From: Candidatus Poseidoniaceae archaeon
Lineage (GTDB): Archaea; Thermoplasmatota; Poseidoniia; Poseidoniales; Poseidoniaceae
DNA length: 54,076 bases
Direction of reading: 5' to 3'
Assembly: GCA_049623485.1 (NCBI GenBank)
Contig: JBMZTB010000003.1
Coordinates: 1-54,076 of the forward strand
In this document: piece after piece, positions 9,165 to 17,828 of the stretch
Position numbering within the stretch: the stretch's first letter is position 1
Layout of the letters: each line of letters starts with the position of its first letter
Translations under genes and position numbers: made by a program
The notes under the pieces: generated by a model
Told to the model about the DNA's origin: nothing
Seen by the model: the letters and a program-made list of their open reading frames with translations, nothing else
Databases searched by the model: none

Positions 9165-10511
9165 ATGGCGTCATGGACTCAGCCAATTGATACTGGGGAT
9201 ATCCCTGTATCAGGTACTTCCTTTGATGCAATTGTAGTCGGTGGTGGCCCTGGTGGCTCTTCTGCAGCTGGATATCTTGCCATGGCAGGAAAACGCGTAC
9301 TGCTGATTGAGAAAGGTGTTTGGCCTCGAGACAAGGTCTGTGGTGATGCTGTTGGTGGAAAATCGCTTTCGCACGTCAAGGCCTTAGGTGTCAAAGAAAC
9401 ACTCGAGGGAACACCCCACTTCAGAGTCAATGGAATTTTGTTCTCAAGTCCAAATGGCAAAGAGGTTCGAGTCCCTCTGCCTGAAGAGGATGTTGCTCGG
9501 TTAGAGGCCGGATATTCGCTCCCCAGAGAACAGTTCGACCATCTTCTGTTCGATCGAGTTCAACACCTTGTTCGAGAAAACGGAGGTTCTGTCTTACAGG
9601 GAGCGGATGTTACCGATGTTCTGTTCAATGAGGGAAATGATCCTGGGAATGGTTCAAAGGATAATCGATTCGCTTCTGGAATACGTCTCAAGATAGGCGG
9701 GAGAAAAGGCGATGTTCTCGAATATAAAGCACCAGCAATTGTCGGTGCAGCAGGATATCGTTGCCCTGTTGCGACAGCGTTGGTCGTAGATACTTACAAC
9801 GAAGTAATGGTTGACAGAAAGCATTACTGCGGGGGTTATCGCGAATACTGGGATAATGTCAAGGGGTGTGAGGAAGACATCGGTGATATCGAAATTCATT
9901 TCGTAGATGATATCATACCTGGGTACTTCTGGATTTTCCCACTTGGCAACGGTAGAGCAAATGTTGGTTGTGGGATGGTTATGCATCTCATGGATAAACA
10001 ATCGAAGAAACTCAAAGCACTGCAACGTGACATTATCGCCAATCATCCTCAGTTCAAAGAACGCTTTGCTGATGCAACCTTGGTAAAAGGTACGGCAAAG
10101 GGTTGGCAACTTCCATTCGGATCCCCGAGAAAGAAACAGAAACTTCAGCCACGAAGAATGGCAATGAAGGGGGCGTGGTTGGTTGGAGATGCTGCAAGCC
10201 TCATCGACCCTTTTTCTGGGGAAGGGGTTGGAAACGCTCTAGTAACGGGGGAAATCGCTGCACGTCATATCCTCGAAGGGAAAAATCCAATGGATTATCA
10301 GGAAGAAGTCTGGTCTGCACTCGGTAAGGAATTAACCAATAGTTATCGTATGCAATCTCTCTCTCGTCGCTCTTGGTTGCTCAATTGGTTTGTTGGAAAG
10401 GCAGGCAAAAAGCCAGCTCTTCAAGAAATGATGACGGAAATGATTGCAAGCAAAGAAGCGCAAGAAAATCTTCACTCTCCATGGTTCATGTTCAAGACCT
10501 TGATGTTCTAA
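9165..10511 (+). CDS. Geranylgeranyl reductase family flavoprotein (archaeal lipid / isoprenoid saturation)
   Basis: FAD-binding 'FDAIVVGGGPGGSSAAGYLA', 'KVCGDAV' and 'WLVGDAASLIDPFSGEGV', characteristic of the GGR family. Confidence 0.8.
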   Translation: MASWTQPIDTGDIPVSGTSFDAIVVGGGPGGSSAAGYLAMAGKRVLLIEKGVWPRDKVCGDAVGGKSLSHVKALGVKETLEGTPHFRVNGILFSSPNGKEVRVPLPEEDVARLEAGYSLPREQFDHLLFDRVQHLVRENGGSVLQGADVTDVLFNEGNDPGNGSKDNRFASGIRLKIGGRKGDVLEYKAPAIVGAAGYRCPVATALVVDTYNEVMVDRKHYCGGYREYWDNVKGCEEDIGDIEIHFVDDIIPGYFWIFPLGNGRANVGCGMVMHLMDKQSKKLKALQRDIIANHPQFKERFADATLVKGTAKGWQLPFGSPRKKQKLQPRRMAMKGAWLVGDAASLIDPFSGEGVGNALVTGEIAARHILEGKNPMDYQEEVWSALGKELTNSYRMQSLSRRSWLLNWFVGKAGKKPALQEMMTEMIASKEAQENLHSPWFMFKTLMF

Positions 10512-10520
10512 GAGCACAAC

Positions 10521-11309
10521 ATGGGAGCCTCTCTCGACGGGATTAAGGCGGTTTTTCTAGACCTTGATGGGACAATATATCTTGGTGGAAATCTCATTGA
10601 TGGGGCTCTTGAATTCCTGAATCGTTGTGATGAACAGGGCGTTCAACGCTTCTTCCTATCAAATAATTCATCGAGAAGTGTTACGCAGTATGTCAAAAAA
10701 TTGGAAGGAATGGGTATTCCAGCAACGGCTGATGATGTTCTTCTATCGACGCACGATTGTTTGGCTTGGTTGCATAAGAATAACGTAACAAAAACATATT
10801 GTGTCGGTACAGAAGGAATGTGCAAAATGCTAGAGGCGGAAGGGATTTCAACTCGTTCATTGAATCCACAATACGTCGTTTTAGGATACGACACTGAAAC
10901 AACATATGAGAAGTTGGAAACTGCAAGCTTGCACCTTCATGCCGGAGTTCCTTTGATGGCTTCACATCCAGATATGGTCTGCCCTTCTCCCAAAGGGGGC
11001 TTGCCCGATGTCGGCGCATTCCTCGCTCTTTTCAAAGTAACAACTGGCGTTGATCCAGTGCATATTTCAGGGAAGCCAAATGCTGGAATGATTCTGCACC
11101 GAATCGAAGCCTTGGGATTAAAGCCGGAAGAATGTGCAATGGTTGGAGATCGCCTCTATACAGATATTGCAATGGCAAATCGAGCTGGGTGCATGGGCAT
11201 TCTCGTTCTGTCTGGTGAAGCTACGATGGATGATGTTCACCAACTCCAAGAAGGTGCTGAACAAATGCCTTCTCTGATTGTAGACTCTGTTGATTCATTA
11301 CTCAGGTGA
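10521..11309 (+). CDS. HAD-IIA family phosphatase (NagD / PGP-like)
   Basis: Motif I 'VFLDLDGTIY', 'SNNSS', 'ISGKPN' and motif IV 'MVGDRLYTDI'. Confidence 0.8.
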   Translation: MGASLDGIKAVFLDLDGTIYLGGNLIDGALEFLNRCDEQGVQRFFLSNNSSRSVTQYVKKLEGMGIPATADDVLLSTHDCLAWLHKNNVTKTYCVGTEGMCKMLEAEGISTRSLNPQYVVLGYDTETTYEKLETASLHLHAGVPLMASHPDMVCPSPKGGLPDVGAFLALFKVTTGVDPVHISGKPNAGMILHRIEALGLKPEECAMVGDRLYTDIAMANRAGCMGILVLSGEATMDDVHQLQEGAEQMPSLIVDSVDSLLR

Positions 11310-12210
11310 TCGGTTGGGATTCAAACAACGATGGAATCTTTGGCGGAGACGGTGTTTGAAACAACCCGTTGACGAGATACATCAGGCTGGAGATAATTCA
11401 GAATTACGACTCGAGAAGTTATGTCGGGCTGCTGGACGCAAAAACAACTGGTCAGTACATGGTTCTGTACGCATACCTGATCCAGATGGCGGAAGAAGAG
11501 AAATCGATTTGATCTTAATTTCAGGTTCTGTTGTTCTCGTGGTTGAACAAAAGCATTGGTCAGGCCGGTTTGAAGTCAAGGAAGATGGTGAATTCATTCA
11601 ACATCGAAACAATGGGACGATGCACAGTCATGCTACTGTCGCTCACCGTATCGCTCGAAAAACAAGACTGTTAACAGAGATTCATGCTGAACGATATCCT
11701 GATGATAAACTCGATATTCAAACATTCGTGGCTATGACCCATCAACGACTTGAATGGCCAGGGAATATGCCCGAACTTCCAGCAACAATGCTGAACGAGA
11801 AGCAACTACTCGCACTTTTGCAAAAGCGTGGAGGCGGAGAAGAAAACCCTCGAATTATGGAAACCATGGCTGGATTCGGCACGTGGGATGAAATCCATAT
11901 GCACGGGGGATTGAAAGTAAAGGGAGATCTTCTCAGTCTTGGGTTAGGGTCTGGTGTCGATGAATGGGATACGACGCGTCAAGGTGGATTAACGGCGACA
12001 TGTCAACACCCACGAAGCATCTTGACATTGCTCAAGCCCAAACTTAGCAAAATCCACCTCAATGATGAAAGTGGACGCAATATTGAACTCAAATGCAAAG
12101 ATGGTCCTGCTGTCAAAATGCATGTCGTTGGCAGAACCCAAGCAGAAGAGATCGATTGGATGATGATCGATTCAATTGATGCCTCAAAGCGACCAAAGGA
12201 GTGGGGTTGA
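11290..12210 (+). CDS. NERD (nuclease-related) domain protein
   Basis: 'REIDLILISGSVVLVVEQKHWSG' matches the NERD D...(E/Q)xK core. The C-terminal ~150 aa are unassigned. Start is TTG (11290), overlapping the HAD gene by 20 nt; an alternative TTG lies at 11314. Confidence 0.6.
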   Translation: MIHYSGDRLGFKQRWNLWRRRCLKQPVDEIHQAGDNSELRLEKLCRAAGRKNNWSVHGSVRIPDPDGGRREIDLILISGSVVLVVEQKHWSGRFEVKEDGEFIQHRNNGTMHSHATVAHRIARKTRLLTEIHAERYPDDKLDIQTFVAMTHQRLEWPGNMPELPATMLNEKQLLALLQKRGGGEENPRIMETMAGFGTWDEIHMHGGLKVKGDLLSLGLGSGVDEWDTTRQGGLTATCQHPRSILTLLKPKLSKIHLNDESGRNIELKCKDGPAVKMHVVGRTQAEEIDWMMIDSIDASKRPKEWG

Positions 12211-12488
12211 TGGCTGAAGCTTGGATTGAAGCAATAGGCCTCTTAGGTGGTTTGATTGGTATTCTCGCTTGGATTCCTCAAATCCGCAGAGTTTGGGTAG
12301 ATGGCAAAGAGGAGGGGATTTCAATTCCAACATTTGTTGCTGTAAGCGTATCACTATCCCTGTGGCTCGTCTATGGAATCATTGTAAATTCGATTGCAAT
12401 GATCGTATCAAACATACTTACATTGGCCTTTATCGTTGGCATTACCGTTGGCGTATACCGTATACGCAGTGGGCAATCTGTGCCGTAG
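12210..12488 (+). CDS. SemiSWEET / PQ-loop 3-TM transporter subunit
   Basis: Three hydrophobic helices in ~92 aa with the PQ motif 'AWIPQIRRVW'. The ATG at 12210 shares one nt with the NERD stop (TGATG). The ORF-track start at 12201 is GTG. Confidence 0.7.
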   Translation: MAEAWIEAIGLLGGLIGILAWIPQIRRVWVDGKEEGISIPTFVAVSVSLSLWLVYGIIVNSIAMIVSNILTLAFIVGITVGVYRIRSGQSVP

Positions 12489-12507
12489 ATGTTCGTTTGT
12501 CACTCAT

Positions 12508-12530
12508 TTCGAGTGGACTCGAATTTCTTT
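12508..12530 (+). terminator. Hairpin plus T-run between convergent genes
   Basis: TTCGAGT-GG-ACTCGAA (12508-12523) is followed by TTTCTTT, 20 nt after the SemiSWEET stop and 20 nt before the GSII stop. Confidence 0.3.
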
Positions 12531-12549
12531 GCGATGAGAAAAACGTCAA

Positions 12550-13560
12550 TCACATTGCTGATTTTGTCGTCTCAATAATGACTGCGCCAATCTTGTATGG
12601 ATCGCCATTGGATGCTGGGCGGCGGTCTTCAAGACGACCAACCCATCCATCGGTTGGAACAGTTGCTGGTACGCGAATGGACGCTCCACGATCAGAAACT
12701 CCGTATGAGAATTGATCGATTGATTGAGTTTCATGCAGACCGGTTAGTCTCAGTTCGTTGTGGGCGCCATAGACGTCCATGTGCTTCTTGATGTTCTGCC
12801 CAAACGCTTCACAAATTGTGTCGAAAAGGTCCTTTCCACCAACATCGCGCATAGCACCATTGGAAAAGTTGGCATGCATACCAGATCCATTCCAATCTCC
12901 TTGGACTGGTTTTGGATGATATTCGATGTAGTAGCCGTAGCTCTCGGTTAATCTATCGAGAAGATAACGAGCAACCCAGAGTTCATCGCCAGCTTTCTTA
13001 GCACCTTTAGCGAAGACTTGGAATTCCCATTGGCCGCATGCAACTTCTTGGTTAATGCCCTCAAAGTTGATTCCTGCCTCTAGACAAAGATCTGCATGCT
13101 CTTCAACGAAGGCACGTCCGTGAGTGTTCTTTCCTCCTACTGAGCAATAATACAGTCCTTGTGGACCAGGATACCCTCCTACTGGGAAACCAACTGGGAG
13201 TTGTGTATCAACATCCATAATGAAATATTCTTGCTCATATCCAAACCAGAAATCATTGTCATCATCGTCGATTGTAGCTCGAGCATTTGAGGCATGGGGT
13301 GTTCCATCTGGATTGAGTACTTCGCACATAACAAGGAAACCGTTGATACGTTGTGGATCTGGATAGATTGCAACTGGTTTGAGAAGGCAATCAGACGCCC
13401 CTCCTTCTGCCTGGCGTGTTGAAGAACCATCGAACATCCATTCTGGACATTCTTCAAGGGTACCTGAAAAGTCATCTCTGACCATGGTTTTGCTTCGCAT
13501 ATTCTGTGTTGGTTCGTAACCGTCAAGCCAGATGTATTCTAATTTTGATTTCGTGGACAT
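12550..13560 (-). CDS. glnII: Glutamine synthetase, type II (eukaryote-like GSII)
   Basis: Collinear with GSII by recall: 'LEYIWLDG', 'PEWMFDGSST', 'YPGPQGLYYCSVG', 'CGQWEFQV', 'WNGSGMHANFS', 'RLTGLHET', 'EDRRPASNGDPY'. At ~336 aa it is GSII-sized. The ATG at 13560 is preferred over the TTG at 13569. Confidence 0.88.
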   Translation of the reverse strand: MSTKSKLEYIWLDGYEPTQNMRSKTMVRDDFSGTLEECPEWMFDGSSTRQAEGGASDCLLKPVAIYPDPQRINGFLVMCEVLNPDGTPHASNARATIDDDDNDFWFGYEQEYFIMDVDTQLPVGFPVGGYPGPQGLYYCSVGGKNTHGRAFVEEHADLCLEAGINFEGINQEVACGQWEFQVFAKGAKKAGDELWVARYLLDRLTESYGYYIEYHPKPVQGDWNGSGMHANFSNGAMRDVGGKDLFDTICEAFGQNIKKHMDVYGAHNELRLTGLHETQSIDQFSYGVSDRGASIRVPATVPTDGWVGRLEDRRPASNGDPYKIGAVIIETTKSAM

Positions 13561-13724
13561 CAAATACAAGGTATCGTAGACGGTATATCAATCATTTGTT
13601 CACTATTTTTGGCTATATTTGTGCTTTACGAATAAAAATATACGTTTTTAATAATTAAATGATTATTTTTTACTCTTTATCTTGGAATAAAATTTATCAA
13701 ATGCTCGTTTTTTATTGTAAAATT

Positions 13725-13747
13725 ATTCAATCGTTCAACGATTGAAT
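13725..13747 (-). terminator. Perfect 9-bp-stem palindrome (terminator or operator candidate)
   Basis: ATTCAATCG-TTCAA-CGATTGAAT begins 16 nt downstream of the peptidase stop (13763). On the minus strand it is followed by AATTTT. It also lies ~165 nt upstream of the glnII start. Confidence 0.35.
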
Positions 13748-13762
13748 TTCGGCCGAAAACTG

Positions 13763-15592
13763 TCAATTATTGTTCGCCGCTTCTTCAGATTGGGGCGTAA
13801 TAAGGACATCTGCTTCTGTTCGCTCAATAAGGGGCAATTCTACAATAGAAAGTGATGGTAATACGTGGACTGTACAGGTTGTTCCGCAGGCAGGTGCTAG
13901 GTAATCTTCGCCTTGTTCTGAGAGAACAAAACGTAACCCATGGCCTGCAGGAAGGATAGCGTCGATCGCTTGGAATTCCATGAGCATTGTAATCGCTTCT
14001 CCAGGAATCACGGTTTGAGCTTCATATCCTCCTGCATGGTATCGAACATCCATTGTAGCATGTCCTAAACGGATCCCTGTTTCAGCATCTTGCATCTCAA
14101 CGAATATTTGTCCACCATCAAATGTAGGGACTGCAGTCAGATGAATCGTTGCAAGACCTGCGATATGGAGGTTCTCTGTATCGCTCATTGCAGGACAATT
14201 CACTGTTAGCGTTTGTCCACCTCCTACGACTGGGGCGCCTCCTCCAACAAACGCCCCATCATTTACGCAATCTGAAAGTTCCAATGGAAGGCGTTCAACA
14301 TCCAAAGGCGGCCAGGATTCTTCAATTCGCCATTGCCCGTCATTTCGTTGGACTTGAGCATGTAAATCTGGTTTTTCTCCAATTCCTTTGAGATAGTATT
14401 CCATCCATTCAAACAGATCTTGGCCCCAGTCCCATCGAGTCATATTCTGAATCGCTTCTCCACCATATCCTGATTCCTGGTTGTTGTGTTTTGACCATTG
14501 ATCTGGATAGTTGTGTTCCCATTGGCCGAGCATTCCAGCCACATCGTAACCTGCATCAATGTAGGCTTGATACCAATTGGTTCCAGGTGGGCCTCCAAAG
14601 ACTTGATGCGGATCAACATTCCAATCCTGTAAGCCTTGAACCCAATAGATGCTTCCGTTGTATTTTCCAAGCGCTTTGTCAATATGGCTGCGTTCATCGT
14701 AATAATTATCCATGTACGGATCTAGTTCACCTAGACCATAGCGGGTGGGCCCTGCTAGGAAACCTTCTACAACGTCAGCGCACATATTGTCCAAATCATC
14801 TGCATCATAATCAAGAATAGAGCCACCATAATTCGAATGCATGATTTGACTTCGAGCCTCGGCACTTCCATTTTTGTAGAGAAGCGGCCCGAGTGCTGTC
14901 GTTCCAGAAATAGGAACTATCGTCTTGAGGTGAGAACTCCCTTGTGCTGCTGCTTCCCATGCGGTTGCTCCTTCGTAGGACTTTCCATAGATGGCAACGT
15001 TTCCGTTGCTCCAGTTCTGAGTGCCGAGCCATTCAACTGCGGCATGGATGCCTTGTCCTTCTCCGTCACCTCTGTAATCGAAACAGCCAGTGCTCTCTTC
15101 GGTCGCAAAGACGGCGACTTGGGCTAAAGCATACCCGTGAGGAATGAAATTGTCATAGATGAATTCGCCGCGTCCAGCACTGACGACATTTGTTGGAGAT
15201 GATTCGCTTCCTGGCTGGCCATAAGAAAAATATGGGCTGATGACGGCAATTACAGGGACTTGTTCACCTACTTCTGTATTGGAAGGAAGCCAGTAAGACA
15301 AGTGCACTTCCGCTGTGTTCGGCCCACCTTCCCAAGTTCCTGAGGTGTCTACATCAATTGTTGCTTCTTGGACGGAAAGGGGCTCATGCGGTCCATCTTC
15401 AAGGACTCTAGAATACGATCCAGTCCAGTTCCATTCGAGGGTATGGCGTTCGTAGATATCAGGATAATTCGAAGAAGTCCTTTCTTCTTGGGATGCTGAT
15501 TCCGGAGAACCAAAGCAACCAGCAAGGAGGACGTTCAACAACAACGCTACGAGAAGCATCGCCTTGATGGTGCGCCTCTGCGTCATGTTCAT
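13763..15592 (-). CDS. Secreted X-Pro dipeptidyl-peptidase / CocE-NonD family (S15) serine hydrolase, putative lipoprotein
   Basis: Nucleophile elbow 'VAIYGKSYEGATAW' (GxSYxG). Signal peptide 'RRTIKAMLLVALLLNVLLAGCFG' carries a lipobox-like LAGC. Start is ambiguous (ATGs at 15625, 15610, 15592, 15586). Confidence 0.75.
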   Translation of the reverse strand: MNMTQRRTIKAMLLVALLLNVLLAGCFGSPESASQEERTSSNYPDIYERHTLEWNWTGSYSRVLEDGPHEPLSVQEATIDVDTSGTWEGGPNTAEVHLSYWLPSNTEVGEQVPVIAVISPYFSYGQPGSESSPTNVVSAGRGEFIYDNFIPHGYALAQVAVFATEESTGCFDYRGDGEGQGIHAAVEWLGTQNWSNGNVAIYGKSYEGATAWEAAAQGSSHLKTIVPISGTTALGPLLYKNGSAEARSQIMHSNYGGSILDYDADDLDNMCADVVEGFLAGPTRYGLGELDPYMDNYYDERSHIDKALGKYNGSIYWVQGLQDWNVDPHQVFGGPPGTNWYQAYIDAGYDVAGMLGQWEHNYPDQWSKHNNQESGYGGEAIQNMTRWDWGQDLFEWMEYYLKGIGEKPDLHAQVQRNDGQWRIEESWPPLDVERLPLELSDCVNDGAFVGGGAPVVGGGQTLTVNCPAMSDTENLHIAGLATIHLTAVPTFDGGQIFVEMQDAETGIRLGHATMDVRYHAGGYEAQTVIPGEAITMLMEFQAIDAILPAGHGLRFVLSEQGEDYLAPACGTTCTVHVLPSLSIVELPLIERTEADVLITPQSEEAANNN

Positions 15593-15666
15593 CCCTCCAC
15601 ATGGTTGCATAAACGATTTGCGCATCCTCCGTAAACTATGATTGATAGCACCTCTTGGGGGATACT

Positions 15667-16461
15667 ATGGAGCCTGCAAGTGTCTGGAAAGAACGTTGGG
15701 AATCTGCAACTCTTCCAATGGCTCGACAATACATGGAACTCGCGACGCAAAAGCAATCACTGGTTTGTTTGGCTGCTGATCGTCCAACAATGAGTGAGTT
15801 GAACGACTTACTCGATGCTGTACATCCACATATTGTTGCGTTGAAAACGCATGTCGACATGGTCGATGATTGGACTCCAAAGGCTTGGGAAGCGTTCTGC
15901 AACAAGGCGAACAATCTCGGCCTCCTCATTTTTGAAGATCGAAAATTCGCTGATATTGGCAAGATCAGTGAAAATCAAATGCTTGGACTCTATGATATTG
16001 CAAGTTGGTCAGACCTTGTCACAGCCCATCTCATCAGTGGCCCCGATATTGTCGATGGCATACAGTCTGCTTGGGAAAGAAAGGGACGTATCGGAGGCGT
16101 TCTGCTACTTGCTCAGATGTCAAGTCGCGGCAATCTCCTTGTTCCATCCTATACCAAAACTGTTGTAGAACATGGTTCAAAACATCCGGGAGTATTCGGA
16201 TTTATTGGAAATGGAAGCCAGCCGTCTGGAATTTCTGAACTAAGAGAATTGGTTGGGAGTTCTAAGTTGATTTGGACCCCCGGGATTAATCTAGCAACTG
16301 GCGATGGCGCTAAGGGACAGCGTTATGGAGATCCTTGCGAAGCTGTCCTTTCAGGTTCGGATTGTATCATAGTCGGTTCTGGAATTCATGGGAAGGACAA
16401 CCCGGCTGTAGAGGCTGCTAAGTACGCTCAAGCCTCTTGGAAAGGAATCATGGAGAGATAA
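15667..16461 (+). CDS. pyrF: Orotidine-5'-phosphate decarboxylase (URA3-like subtype)
   Basis: 'LVCLAADRP', 'ALKTHVDM', 'LIFEDRKFADIG' (URA3-type signature) and 'LLLAQMSS'. The ATG at 15667 is preferred over the TTG at 15655. Confidence 0.88.
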   Translation: MEPASVWKERWESATLPMARQYMELATQKQSLVCLAADRPTMSELNDLLDAVHPHIVALKTHVDMVDDWTPKAWEAFCNKANNLGLLIFEDRKFADIGKISENQMLGLYDIASWSDLVTAHLISGPDIVDGIQSAWERKGRIGGVLLLAQMSSRGNLLVPSYTKTVVEHGSKHPGVFGFIGNGSQPSGISELRELVGSSKLIWTPGINLATGDGAKGQRYGDPCEAVLSGSDCIIVGSGIHGKDNPAVEAAKYAQASWKGIMER

Positions 16462-16462
16462 C

Positions 16463-16738
16463 ATGAACGTCATCATCTTCCTAATTGGATTGGTTTTCTT
16501 TGGAGGTCTTCTAGCATTGGTCTATTGGGGATATTGGAATGCGAGAAAGCTTGATGCTCAAATTGCACGAGGCGATCCGAGTCTTCTAACAACCAATACC
16601 TATCGGAGAGAAGAAACCATACAAGCACCTGCAGGATCGATTATTCAAGAAGGTCAACTAATCCAAGTTCAGGGACAATTCGTTCAACCTGTACAACATC
16701 AACCTCGAGTTGTTGTTCAGCAAGGGCCGTTACAATAG
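16463..16738 (+). CDS. Small membrane protein, hypothetical (N-terminal TM, Gln/Val-rich tail)
   Basis: 'VIIFLIGLVFFGGLLALVYWGYW' forms one TM helix. The ATG lies 1 nt after the pyrF stop. No recognisable family. Confidence 0.45.
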   Translation: MNVIIFLIGLVFFGGLLALVYWGYWNARKLDAQIARGDPSLLTTNTYRREETIQAPAGSIIQEGQLIQVQGQFVQPVQHQPRVVVQQGPLQ

Positions 16739-17398
16739 TCCATCAAGATGGCCTTGCTGATACGCAACGCCTGCGCCAGCCCCAACAAGAAGAAGGAAAA
16801 TCAAAAAGTTTCGAAGTCTTTTCTTTTTCTTTGGTTTCGCTGCAGGCGCCTCTGTTGAAACGGTCAGTTCCAATGGAGGAAGTTCTTCCAAAGGTGGGAG
16901 TTCAGCGAGAACTGGAAGTGCAGGTAAAGCGTCATCAGGCTCAACTTTGATTCTATCTTCTGGATACAATTTATCCAAATCTTCCAGCCCAGGTGCTTCT
17001 GGAATATTCCCCAGTACTTGATCCCAAATTTCATCCAATTGAGACTGTGTAACTGGTTTTGTAAGCCATCCAACAGCTCCTGCCGAGTATGTTGCTTGCT
17101 CGGCGAGATCTGAGAGTCGATTTGGAGCGATGAATAAAATCCTCGAGTCCCCGCCGTGCTCTCTCATTTCAAGGGCTGCCAAATGCCCGTCTAATGATGG
17201 GATGTCAAGTGACATGACAACCAGTTCAGGATTGATGCGAATGTACTCGTCGACTGCCACGTCCCCATCTTCGCAAACAACGAGAGCAAAACCACGCTTT
17301 CGAAAGACCTCTTTCAGCCTCATAATCGACATCTGATTGTTATCTACAATGAGCACTGTTGGTGCGTCTTCGGATGAAACTTCACTTACGTAAGACAT
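16730..17398 (-). CDS. Response-regulator receiver (REC) domain protein with Pro/Leu-rich linker and C-terminal TM anchor
   Basis: 'TVLIVDNN', 'LVVMSLDIPSLDG' (phospho-acceptor Asp context) and 'GWLTKP' (conserved Lys). The tail is 'LPALPVLAELPPLEELPPLEL...KPKKKKRLRNFLIFLLLVGAGAGVAY'. The ATG at 17398 is preferred over the TTG at 17407. Confidence 0.75.
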   Translation of the reverse strand: MSYVSEVSSEDAPTVLIVDNNQMSIMRLKEVFRKRGFALVVCEDGDVAVDEYIRINPELVVMSLDIPSLDGHLAALEMREHGGDSRILFIAPNRLSDLAEQATYSAGAVGWLTKPVTQSQLDEIWDQVLGNIPEAPGLEDLDKLYPEDRIKVEPDDALPALPVLAELPPLEELPPLELTVSTEAPAAKPKKKKRLRNFLIFLLLVGAGAGVAYQQGHLDGLL

Positions 17399-17462
17399 CG
17401 CAACCAAGTCGTCTGACTTGTTTCTTGCTCATCAATCAACCGATGGTATTTGTTGAAAATGT

Positions 17463-17822
17463 TCATTCTTCGCTACTTATGTCTTCGACCGGTGCAGATC
17501 GTGGATTGTTGAACGTTTGACGAACATTTTCCATGTTAGCAGCGTCCTCTTCCAATGCTTTCTTGCGTTTTGGACCGTTCATGAATTGCATTTGTAATTC
17601 ACTGACAACACCATCAAGCATGGCTCTAGCAGAATTATCGAGATTTCCTTCAGTTTTGTTTTTCAGCATTCGAAGAATGTCGATGGCTTCTTTGGCTTCT
17701 TGAAAATTAAACCTAGGGCCGCCTTCTGGATGTTCTAAAAGACCAAGATTAACCATAGCAGTTCGTTGGAAAAGGTGGACAACCTGAAAGAACCGTTCTG
17801 TTTCTTCATCCTGGAACATCAT
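17463..17822 (-). CDS. DUF1844-like small protein
   Basis: 'FFQVVHLFQRTAMVNLGLLEHP...FQEAKEAIDILRMLKNKTEGNL' matches my recollection of the DUF1844 pattern (F..LV..L...A...LG..., AK..IDLL..L..KTKGNL). Confidence 0.55.
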   Translation of the reverse strand: MMFQDEETERFFQVVHLFQRTAMVNLGLLEHPEGGPRFNFQEAKEAIDILRMLKNKTEGNLDNSARAMLDGVVSELQMQFMNGPKRKKALEEDAANMENVRQTFNNPRSAPVEDISSEE

Positions 17823-17828
17823 TTCACC

